IMG/VR virus record: IMGVR_UViG_3300014720_000037
Span: 1 to 62,223 of that record
Length of the DNA: 62,223 nucleotides
Source of the DNA: a virus
Taxonomy: Duplodnaviria; Caudoviricetes
Direction: 5' to 3' (one strand)
The notes beneath the pieces were generated by a model, which worked only from the letters and a program-made list of their open reading frames with translations, did not search any database and was not told the DNA's origin. Numbering within the stretch: the stretch's first letter is position 1; each line of letters opens with the position of its first letter. The position numbers were made by a program, and so were the translations under genes. Positions 33,300-41,797 of the stretch are shown here, piece by piece.

Positions 33300-33986
33300 C
33301 TAACCAATAACATTACAATATTCATCTACTGTTCCATTGTTTATTAATTGATAGAGATAAACAGTTTTATCCAACATCTTTCTAATAAAGCGGCCAGCAA
33401 AGGCAATTACTTGTTTAATCTTATTAGGAGTGTTATTACTACTATACATATAACCACTATAATCAAATGTCATAGCAACAGTTAAAGCAATAACACCCAT
33501 AATAAACTTGGCCCAATTCTTAACCTTATTACCCTGCTTATTAATAGATGTTCTAAGGCCCATTAACACACCACCAACCTTATAAAATGATTTAATAGTG
33601 AATGTACAAACCTTTCTTTGATGTCTAGTAACTAAAGCATGATCTTCTTCAGTTAGATAGACCAAGTTAGAAGGCCTATTGTCTAGAGTATTCCCTGACA
33701 GATGATGAGTAACATGTTCACCAGCAGAGCCATCCATTGGCTTATTAGGACTAACAAAGAGGAAAGCTATTACTTGATGTTCACTGACCAAGTTCTTACT
33801 TCTATTAGGAGCAAACAACCAATAACCAAACTCTTCTAACAACTCTTTAATACAAGTATTAGCGGGTCTAGTTAGATCAAACATTTTATACTTATGGTGG
33901 CCCTTTTTATTCTTATTAGTAAGATATGAGGGACAACCGTCTAACAAGTCTTTAACTTCACTATATGATGGTTTAGATTTAGTCAT
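33300..33986 (-). CDS. HNH endonuclease-domain protein
   Basis: HQVIA...VTHHLSGNTLDNRPSNLVYLTEEDH. Confidence 0.75.
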   Translation of the reverse strand: MTKSKPSYSEVKDLLDGCPSYLTNKNKKGHHKYKMFDLTRPANTCIKELLEEFGYWLFAPNRSKNLVSEHQVIAFLFVSPNKPMDGSAGEHVTHHLSGNTLDNRPSNLVYLTEEDHALVTRHQRKVCTFTIKSFYKVGGVLMGLRTSINKQGNKVKNWAKFIMGVIALTVAMTFDYSGYMYSSNNTPNKIKQVIAFAGRFIRKMLDKTVYLYQLINNGTVDEYCNVIG

Positions 33987-34409
33987 TTATAAATACCCTT
34001 TATATTTATTGTTTATTGTTTATTAAACTAGTAATTAAAAAGCCCACTACTACTAGGCTGTTAATCCCCCGCCAAACGAAGGAGGCACAAGTAATAATGG
34101 ACTTTTTAATTCAAACAACAAACACAATAATAATTATTAGTAGACTAACATTGACTCTTGCTTACTTCTACTTATTTCTCCAAGTAGACAGATCAAGGGT
34201 GATACTAGTCACTACAGGGCATACACATTAACTAGCTTAACCAGTTAAGCAGCGTTACCTGTTCAAACAAATACAATTGGTGCTTTTTGTTTATGTAATA
34301 CATCATAACATAAGATTCCAAACATTGCAACTACAAAATATAGGCACCAATAATATTCTAGATTAAGTTATAATATAGACATAAACTAATTAACACAGGA
34401 ATAACTACA

Positions 34410-34811
34410 ATGACTAAAATAACTAACTACAACTTCTATGATGAGACATCTATTCCTGCTAAGCAATTATATGTAAAGGAGCCACAGTTTTACATTATTG
34501 GCCCTGCTGAGTATGACAACTTAAGGTATCTACCAATATCCGTAGGAGTAACTACAAACCCAATTGAGTTAATACAATCCTTACAAAAAAGGGCCACACC
34601 CTCTCTTAAATTTTACAATCTAATACAAAGAGAGAATGAGCAAGCTTGCTATAACACTCTATTATCAGTGTTTGACAATATGATTGTTAGAGGAACTGAA
34701 TGGATAGATGTTGACAGACAAATACTTGCTAATCTAAAGAGAAATAGACTAATCTCATCTAATATAAAGACAAGGATGAGTGACAAATTAGATGAGTTAG
34801 GTATTGCATAG
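34410..34811 (+). CDS. Divergent GIY-YIG/T5orf172-like protein
   Basis: FYIIG...ISVGVTTNPIELIQSLQ. Confidence 0.45.
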   Translation: MTKITNYNFYDETSIPAKQLYVKEPQFYIIGPAEYDNLRYLPISVGVTTNPIELIQSLQKRATPSLKFYNLIQRENEQACYNTLLSVFDNMIVRGTEWIDVDRQILANLKRNRLISSNIKTRMSDKLDELGIA

Positions 34812-34895
34812 TAGTAAGAATTAGAATATAATAAATAAAGAGTTACTATTTTTACTCACATTTTTTTGGCCCCCCTTAAACAAGGGCCATTTTTA

Positions 34896-35360
34896 TTATT
34901 TAACAATACTACTATCATCATTTAATTCTTGTCTCAACTCTTCTAAATACTCAATAACCCATTGACTACTACCAGCAACTTGTTTACCATTAAACACATA
35001 ATAGTGTGTAAAAGGAAGCTTAGAAGATATAAATGTCTGCAACATATGACTAGACATAATCTTATGTCTAATAGCACCTTTAATAGTACTTTTAAACACA
35101 TCATCTGATAGATTAATAGTCCTGTTTAAAGACCGCCCTAGTTGTTTAGCAGAATAACCGTACAAAGTCTTAAGTCTATCATCTCCACATCCTAAGTAAT
35201 ACCATAGACCCTCTATTGAATAGAAGGTGCCAAGGTCATCAACATGTTGAGGATATTTGTACCAATTAGATAAGAATCTACCTAACTCAGTATTACCTTG
35301 TGAATAAACATTAATGTGATCAATGCCATCATTATTAAGATTAAACATTACTACTACCAT
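34896..35360 (-). CDS. Conserved phage protein, tentatively NADAR-like
   Basis: DGIDHINVYS..TELGRFLSN..FYSIEGLWY..AKQLGR. Confidence 0.45.
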   Translation of the reverse strand: MVVVMFNLNNDGIDHINVYSQGNTELGRFLSNWYKYPQHVDDLGTFYSIEGLWYYLGCGDDRLKTLYGYSAKQLGRSLNRTINLSDDVFKSTIKGAIRHKIMSSHMLQTFISSKLPFTHYYVFNGKQVAGSSQWVIEYLEELRQELNDDSSIVK

Positions 35361-35779
35361 GCATCTAACAATTTAAGCCAAGGTAAAACCCAAGCAGATG
35401 TTATATTAAAAGTAAAATCAATAGTACTACTGTTACTAAACTCATGTCTAATAACTATAGATACATTAGAACCACTTGGACTTGAATACAACATAATTTG
35501 ATATTTATTATCTAGCATCAAGCATAATGTCTCATCAGGTGAATGCATCCAAGTAATAATACTACTAATATTATCATTACTGATATTAAAGATGACATCA
35601 AACCCACCATCAGACACACAAACTTTAAACCCACCATCTATCTTTTGAATAGTAAAACGTAGATTATCACTAACAAGAACACTAATAGACTTCATAGTTA
35701 CTATATCTATACCTATCTAATAAAAAAAATATAGGCCCTTTTTACAGAGCCTATATAAACCAATTATTAAAACAATAAT

Positions 35780-36103
35780 TGCTAATACAACAGCCAGAGG
35801 ATGACTCAAGGTTGGTTTAATAACTACCTATAACCTTTAATCTGGATTTAAAATAACTTTAACATTTAATCTTTGATCTTTGATTGTACAGTAAGTTAAT
35901 ACATGTACTTGTTTGATCTTTGAACTTATAAACTTTAACCTTTAAACTTATAAACTTTGAGTTTATTGTTTTGCTTTGTTCCAAAATACAAATGCTAATT
36001 TAATAGCTGCTTTTAGGTTTTGACCTTTTACAGTCAAAGTATATAATAGGCTTGAGACAGCAAGCCCAACTGTATTAAGATTAAGAGTTACATTGTATTA
36101 GCA
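35780..36103 (-). ncRNA. Putative 324-nt structured ncRNA with AAAG-repeat tracts
   Basis: No ORF. An 11-bp terminal inverted repeat (TGCTAATACAA/TTGTATTAGCA), a long-range GCAGCUA/UGGCUGU helix, several local hairpins and 7-8-nt repeats. Strand inferred from neighbours. Confidence 0.65.
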
Positions 36104-36170
36104 TAGAATTGTCTTTTTAGACAAAAATATGTTATAATATTAAAATAAATTTATTTTAATATTATAACAT

Positions 36171-37082
36171 ATGAATACTAAAAATGCAGGAATATATTCT
36201 ATTACATCTAAAATTAATGGTAAAAGATATATTGGTTCAAGCATTAGAATATCCTATAGATGGAAAGATCATAAAAGAAAATTAAGAAGTAATAAACATC
36301 ATTCTACTCATTTACAAAATCATTATAATAAATACGGAGAAGATGATTTAGTATTTTCTATTGTTGAAATAATAGAAAAAGATAATCTATCTCTTAAACA
36401 ATTTAAAGAATTATTATTAGAACGTGAACAAACTTATTTAGACAATTGGCAGGAATGTCAATTTAACAACTCAAAAACTGCTATATCTAGTTTAGGATGT
36501 AAAAACAAAGACACTAAATATTATGATTATCATAAAAAAGCGAACGTTTATACAACTTGGTATTTAATAGATGGTCATCGTAAATATTTTAGTTCTTATC
36601 TATTAGAACAAGATGCAATAAATCAAGTTAAATATATTAAAACATTAACAGAAAAACAAATAGTTGATTATTACAAAACATGTAAAAACTTTAGATATAA
36701 AAATTCTAAGTTTTATAGTTACATCAAAAAACTTAATTTATATAAAACTTATTATATTGTAAATAATAAAGTTCAACATTTTAGTTGTCATTTTATAGAA
36801 CAAGATGCAATAGATCAAATTAAATATATTAAAACATTAAGCGAATATGAATTACTTATATATCTTAAAGAATGTAGAAACAGACCTTATAATTATAGAA
36901 AAGATATAAAAAAAGATAGAAAAAAGAGAGGTGTAAAGGGTTTTTATTATAATAAAAAAGCTAAGATTTGGTTTATCCAATTTAAAATTAATAACAAATC
37001 AAGAAATTTTGGTTGCTATAAAACAGAAGAAGAAGCTATGAAAAAAGCTAATGAAATCAAATTAGAATTTGGATTATTGTAA
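36171..37082 (+). CDS. Free-standing GIY-YIG homing endonuclease with AP2-like repeats
   Basis: GIYSITSKINGKRYIGSS, HLQNHYNKYGEDDL and GCYKTEEEA. Confidence 0.9.
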   Translation: MNTKNAGIYSITSKINGKRYIGSSIRISYRWKDHKRKLRSNKHHSTHLQNHYNKYGEDDLVFSIVEIIEKDNLSLKQFKELLLEREQTYLDNWQECQFNNSKTAISSLGCKNKDTKYYDYHKKANVYTTWYLIDGHRKYFSSYLLEQDAINQVKYIKTLTEKQIVDYYKTCKNFRYKNSKFYSYIKKLNLYKTYYIVNNKVQHFSCHFIEQDAIDQIKYIKTLSEYELLIYLKECRNRPYNYRKDIKKDRKKRGVKGFYYNKKAKIWFIQFKINNKSRNFGCYKTEEEAMKKANEIKLEFGLL

Positions 37083-37279
37083 TCCAAATTCTAAATTATA
37101 ACATAGTATTACACTATGGTCCCTCTGCAAGGGAGTAAAATAGGCTGCCAAACAAAGCATTACCTACTCCTAAACTAAACAAGCACCCCGCTAAAATAGG
37201 ATTTATAAATAAAAATACTGTAGAAACAATCATACTAATTACACCACATATAAATTGAAACTTAAACAATTTAGTCATA

Positions 37280-37945
37280 TTATTCATTATCAGGAATAGT
37301 AATAGTATTAGTAGCATTAGCTTCTGACAGACTAATATCCACCTCATCTTCAAACTGAGTAATAAAGTCATCTAACTTATTAATCTCAGCAGTAAAGTCA
37401 AAAGGTTCATAGATCTTAGGATAGTTAGTAGCCGCATAACCAGCAGTAATCTTAGCTACAAAGGTTTCATCAGGCTCCTTTCCTTTCTCTTGCTTTTCAA
37501 GCTCTTTAGCTTTAATAACAAAGGCTTCCAACTTTCTATTATATTCAACTAGTTCTCTCTCCAATCTAGTTCTAGCAGCTTGTTGCTCCCTTCTTAGAAA
37601 GTTTAAAAGCTCCTTTTGAATGTGGATTGTCTTCTTCTTTTCAATTGCTTCTGCCACTGTAAATGTATTACCAGCAATGGTAATAGTATTACTAGCATTA
37701 GATAGAATTACAAGACTTTTAATCTTGTCCCTTCTATTAATCAATGTTGTTACAGATTGATATTGAGCCTTAGCATCCTCTCTAAACTTATCAATCTCCT
37801 TTTTTCTATTTGTAGATTCTAAATTAGAAGGGGCCACAACAAGATAGCCTTGAAAGCTAGAATTAGTAGTATTAAGCTTACTAATCCTATCAGTTAAAGT
37901 ATCAATCTCTTTAAGCGCTCTAGTAATTGTTAGTGTTACAGTCAT
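37280..37945 (-). CDS. DIP1984-like coiled-coil protein
   Basis: TITRALKEIDTLTDRI...TVAEAI...EVDISLSEANATNTI pattern. Confidence 0.55.
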   Translation of the reverse strand: MTVTLTITRALKEIDTLTDRISKLNTTNSSFQGYLVVAPSNLESTNRKKEIDKFREDAKAQYQSVTTLINRRDKIKSLVILSNASNTITIAGNTFTVAEAIEKKKTIHIQKELLNFLRREQQAARTRLERELVEYNRKLEAFVIKAKELEKQEKGKEPDETFVAKITAGYAATNYPKIYEPFDFTAEINKLDDFITQFEDEVDISLSEANATNTITIPDNE

Positions 37946-37997
37946 ATTGTTTAACCTTTGAATGTTGATTTAAATTATATTTACTCAATAGAGTAAG

Positions 37998-38082
37998 TGC
38001 CTGAGAAAGGATTTGAACCTTCACATCTTTTACAAGATAACACATCCTAAGTGTGTTGTGTCTGCCTTTCCACCACTCAGGC
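37998..38082 (-). tRNA. tRNA-Leu(UAG), long variable arm, CCA not encoded
   Basis: Acceptor stem GCCTGAG/CTCAGGC plus A, D-loop GG, anticodon arm ACACA-CTTAGGA-TGTGT and T-loop GGTTCAAATCC. Confidence 0.93.
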
Positions 38083-38088
38083 AAAAAT

Positions 38089-38115
38089 ATACTTGTTAGT
38101 ATTACTAACAAGTAT
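38089..38115. promoter_or_regulatory. Perfect palindrome just 5' of the tRNA gene (operator or processing hairpin)
   Basis: ATACTTGTTAGTA-T-TACTAACAAGTAT. Confidence 0.4.
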
Positions 38116-38267
38116 TTAGAGAAAACTTTTTATCCATATCCACATGTAATATAACTTACATCATATTACTTGTCAACTAACTATTACTTCTTAGCTACTT
38201 CAGTAACATTAGTAATAACTTGTTGTGGGTTAGCAGCTATATAAATTCCTTTAATATAGTAAATAAT

Positions 38268-38327
38268 TACAAGATGATTGTGTTATCAGTTAAACGTTGA
38301 TTACATTATTATTTGCTGAATCATCTT
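38268..38327 (-). ncRNA. Solitary eighth CAGCAA hairpin unit downstream of the DUF2828 gene
   Basis: AAGAUGAUU-CAGCAA-insert-AAUCAUCUU-GUA, the same architecture as the array. Confidence 0.8.
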
Positions 38328-38347
38328 TATTTATCTATTATATCAGA

Positions 38348-39907
38348 CTACTTTATAGCACTGCTAACAGCATCATATCTACTAGAATAAACAGCCTCTC
38401 TCATCACATCAACAGCAGTTATAACCTTACTATTAAGTACAGCCTTCATAGTAGAAGGAGAGCAACCACTAACAAGAGCAACGCCTCTATCATCAATGGT
38501 CATAGGAACATTAGAGGCGCTACAAACATTCCAGAAGATAATATTAGGCATAGTATAACCCGCCTTATCATATAACTTCTGCATCTGTTCTAAGTTAGTT
38601 CTCTTATTACTAATACAACATCTATCAAACTGCATATCACTTACAATAATCAAAGAACTAGGCATTTGATCTTGGGGCACCTTACCTTTAACACCAGCAT
38701 CTAATATGGCTTTAATAGCCTTCATTAGATTTGTGTTCTCCATCCTTTGAGTACTTCTAACAACTGTTTGTAGTTTAGTGTATATGTCACCACTACTAGG
38801 TAAAGATACAAGTCTTGGATTACCATCAAAGACAATAAACTTATCTTTCCAGTAATCACTTGTATTCCTTTCAGCAATATATACTGCTAATGATACAGAC
38901 ACATCAATAGGTTTAATGTTTGATGTCTTTCTTTTACCAGTACCATCAGTATAGCTATAAGGACTATACATTGATCCTGACACATCAGCTAATACTAAAC
39001 CATTAAAGTCAGCCCCTTCCATGTAATTAGGTAGAGCCTGCCATTGAGCACTTAGACCTTGTCTCTCAGTATTAGATATCTTCTTCAACCCAGTATAACT
39101 ATTAGTAACAGCATTACTAATGTCATAAGGATATAAGGTGCTAGCATTAATCTTCTTCTCACCTCTACTAACAGCTTCTATGTACTGTTTATATCTATCT
39201 TCATCATGCTTTTGAAAGGCCTTTCTATACATCAACATAGCCTTAGATGGCACATGCTCATAGTTAATATTAGACCAATCACCACTACACATTGCATGTT
39301 CTACAATGTTGATTCTTGTTCTCAATCTAACTAGTAACTGTCTATAGTCTTTCTCACTTAGACCTAAATCCTTAGCAACCTTTCTACCTAGCTCCTTAGT
39401 TCTTTTACTAGAAGCATTAATAGATGGTAGCCATTTACCCAACAGAGATACTGAGTTATCACTATTTAGAGCTAATACATCCTTATCTAATTGAGCCTTA
39501 AACAAGTCAATAACAAGGGGCCACAAGTATGTGTCATGTAGTACTAATATATCATCCCATCTACCATAGAATGGAATCAAGTGTACTAATTTCCTAGCAA
39601 GAGGACTAAGACTAATAGCTAACTCTCTAAACACATGTCTAAATACAGATCTTTCACCTTGACCACCATTACCACTACTATTACTTCTAACATCTCTGCC
39701 ATAGAATAGTATTCTTAAAGCTGTCTCTTCATCCTCATTGAGAGCCATATTAAACAGATGAGTAATACCACTTAAATCATCTCTAGAGGAGCCAACCTTA
39801 CCAAAGAAGTCAACACAACTATTAAGAGTACTTGTATATGCCTTAGCACCATTCCAAGTAGTAGTTGTGTTTAATCCTCTATTCAAACTACTAATAAAAT
39901 CTGTCAT
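38348..39907 (-). CDS. DUF2828 / TROVE(Ro60)-like helical protein with a C-terminal vWA domain
   Basis: RD..GGQGER..FR, YGRWDD, GKWLP, INYEHVPSKAM, LYPYD, DVSGSM, TNL, SDMQFD, FWNV and VSGCS. ATG at 39907 is preferred over TTG at 39919. Confidence 0.85.
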   Translation of the reverse strand: MTDFISSLNRGLNTTTTWNGAKAYTSTLNSCVDFFGKVGSSRDDLSGITHLFNMALNEDEETALRILFYGRDVRSNSSGNGGQGERSVFRHVFRELAISLSPLARKLVHLIPFYGRWDDILVLHDTYLWPLVIDLFKAQLDKDVLALNSDNSVSLLGKWLPSINASSKRTKELGRKVAKDLGLSEKDYRQLLVRLRTRINIVEHAMCSGDWSNINYEHVPSKAMLMYRKAFQKHDEDRYKQYIEAVSRGEKKINASTLYPYDISNAVTNSYTGLKKISNTERQGLSAQWQALPNYMEGADFNGLVLADVSGSMYSPYSYTDGTGKRKTSNIKPIDVSVSLAVYIAERNTSDYWKDKFIVFDGNPRLVSLPSSGDIYTKLQTVVRSTQRMENTNLMKAIKAILDAGVKGKVPQDQMPSSLIIVSDMQFDRCCISNKRTNLEQMQKLYDKAGYTMPNIIFWNVCSASNVPMTIDDRGVALVSGCSPSTMKAVLNSKVITAVDVMREAVYSSRYDAVSSAIK

Positions 39908-39914
39908 ATGTTTG

Positions 39915-40461
39915 TACAAGTTAATTTGTTTTCTTTTACCTTAGAAAATTGTATTAATTGCTGAATTAACTTTTAACAATTAATGTGTTATACAAGATAG
40001 TTACTTATTTTGTCTAAATGCCAAAGGTTAGTTAATAATTTGCTGAACTATCTTAGATTATTTAATTACAAGATGACTTTGTTTTCTTAAGACAATTAAT
40101 GGTAAGAAATATAATAGTTGCTGAGTCATCTTATTAGAGATTTACAAGATACGTCTTTTGCCATTGGCAAGCATTACTAGTGCTTATTTATATTATTGCT
40201 GAAGTATCTTAGATTATTTAATTACAAGATAGTATATTTAACTTATTTTAGCCTGGAGCCAAAGGTTAATTAATTGCTGAACTATCTTTGTTTATTGCAA
40301 GATGATTACTGTTTCTTAGTTTTACCTTTGCAAGAAATATAATAATTGCTGAATCATCTTATGTTTAATATCTACTATTACAAGTTAATTTAACCACCAA
40401 CTGGCTAGCAAGCTGCTATTCAGGAATTGAACCTAATATAAAATTATTGCTGAATTAACTT
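39915..40461 (-). ncRNA. Array of seven hairpin units with invariant CAGCAA (putative Y-RNA-like small RNAs)
   Basis: Units at 39915-39972, 39991-40054, 40067-40132, 40143-40210, 40223-40288, 40296-40360 and 40379-40461. The 9-bp closing stems show compensatory changes and the inserts are variable. Confidence 0.85.
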
Positions 40462-40481
40462 TATCTAATAGTATATACTAA

Positions 40482-41537
40482 CTATGTAGTTTCATCCTTA
40501 CCATGCTTCTTCATAAACTTATTGTTCTTAATTTTAATAAACTTATAACCATTACTAAGAACAACGCCTTCATTTAATGTTTTACCATCAAGAATAGAAT
40601 ATTCATGTTGTGCTAATTGATTTACCAACTCCATAAGATCTAATGAGAAGAGCCCTCTATATAACTCAGGTACAAAGTACAAGTTAGTACTTCTTCTAAG
40701 TACATTCAAATCAATATAAACACCATCAACATAGATAGCATATATATAAACAACTGGCTTATCTAAATCATAGTTAAAACCTTTAATATATGGGATAACT
40801 TCACCAATGATTTGCACAACAGAGCCACTAACATTCTTACCACATAGATTAGACAATAGAGATTTAAATGTGCTATAAGAGTTATCCCAATCAATACATC
40901 CAATAGTATTAACCCAAGCCCTCTTATAAGCATTATCAACGCCTTGTTTAAACACTAAGCCTTGATCCCATAAACCTTTACTACTGATGTACTCCTGACC
41001 ATCTATCCAAATAATGTTTATTTGACTACCATGTAACTTACTAGTAATAGTTACATCTTGGCCCTCTTTAAATCTATCTAGATATACAGATGGATATTTA
41101 CAATCATGTTTGATGTCATGCTTTAACTCTTTATCAAATACTTCAACGGTGTCTTTTAACTCATTAGGAATATCAGGCACATACTTAGTAATGCCTAACA
41201 CATCACTAATATCAACACCAACTTCAAACTCACTAATGTCATACCCCATTTTATTGAGTACTTCATTAGGAATAACAATGCCTTCTGACTCTTGCTCTCT
41301 AAGTACTACAAAGCCAACCCTATCTTTATTTGGCCCTCTAAGATACTTGTTCCATTCCTCTAACATAATAGAGTGAGTTAATACACTGTTCTTAGGAACA
41401 GCTACACCCTTATCACCATTCTTATATGTTCCTTTAGCAACAACATATTGATGATCACCAATGCTTACTAGTTCTAACAGATCAGCATTAGGATGTGGAT
41501 ATACATTTACACGTTCAACGCTTACTTTAAATGACAT
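40482..41537 (-). CDS. ATP-dependent RNA ligase, DRB0094/Rnl5 family
   Basis: HPNADLLEL N-domain, motif I TSKLHGS, GEV, EGVV and KIKN. Confidence 0.85.
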   Translation of the reverse strand: MSFKVSVERVNVYPHPNADLLELVSIGDHQYVVAKGTYKNGDKGVAVPKNSVLTHSIMLEEWNKYLRGPNKDRVGFVVLREQESEGIVIPNEVLNKMGYDISEFEVGVDISDVLGITKYVPDIPNELKDTVEVFDKELKHDIKHDCKYPSVYLDRFKEGQDVTITSKLHGSQINIIWIDGQEYISSKGLWDQGLVFKQGVDNAYKRAWVNTIGCIDWDNSYSTFKSLLSNLCGKNVSGSVVQIIGEVIPYIKGFNYDLDKPVVYIYAIYVDGVYIDLNVLRRSTNLYFVPELYRGLFSLDLMELVNQLAQHEYSILDGKTLNEGVVLSNGYKFIKIKNNKFMKKHGKDETT

Positions 41538-41797
41538 ATTAGTTACTATTTACTATTGTTTAACTTATTCAACAAATCAATATTACCTCTACAGGCTCTA
41601 CGTCTATTATTATGACAATCCCATCTAACAGATACATCATGTTGATATTGTAAGGGTCTACTACTTAACTCATATGTAAGATCAGTATATAAACCCCATA
41701 CAACAGCACAATCACTACAAGGCACCTCTAGCGGTTCTAATACATCATCAGATAAGATAAAGTCAAAGTCATAACTATCACTAGAAGTCATAATGTA

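Noticed and set aside
34016-34330. ORF 34016-34231 or an ncRNA between divergent genes
   Set aside because: The ORF has a TTG start and no motifs. A few short hairpins exist but I could not build a coherent structure, so it is treated as a probable regulatory region.
36104-37113. Duplicated target-gene end around the third GIY-YIG gene
   Set aside because: I looked for a recoded duplicate like those at 13 kb and 44 kb and found none by eye.
37920-38111. 63-aa ORF
   Set aside because: It overlaps the well-formed tRNA-Leu gene.
39915-40461. CRISPR array
   Set aside because: There is no constant direct repeat. The conserved parts are covarying stems that enclose the variable segment, several inserts are related to each other, and no cas genes are in the window.
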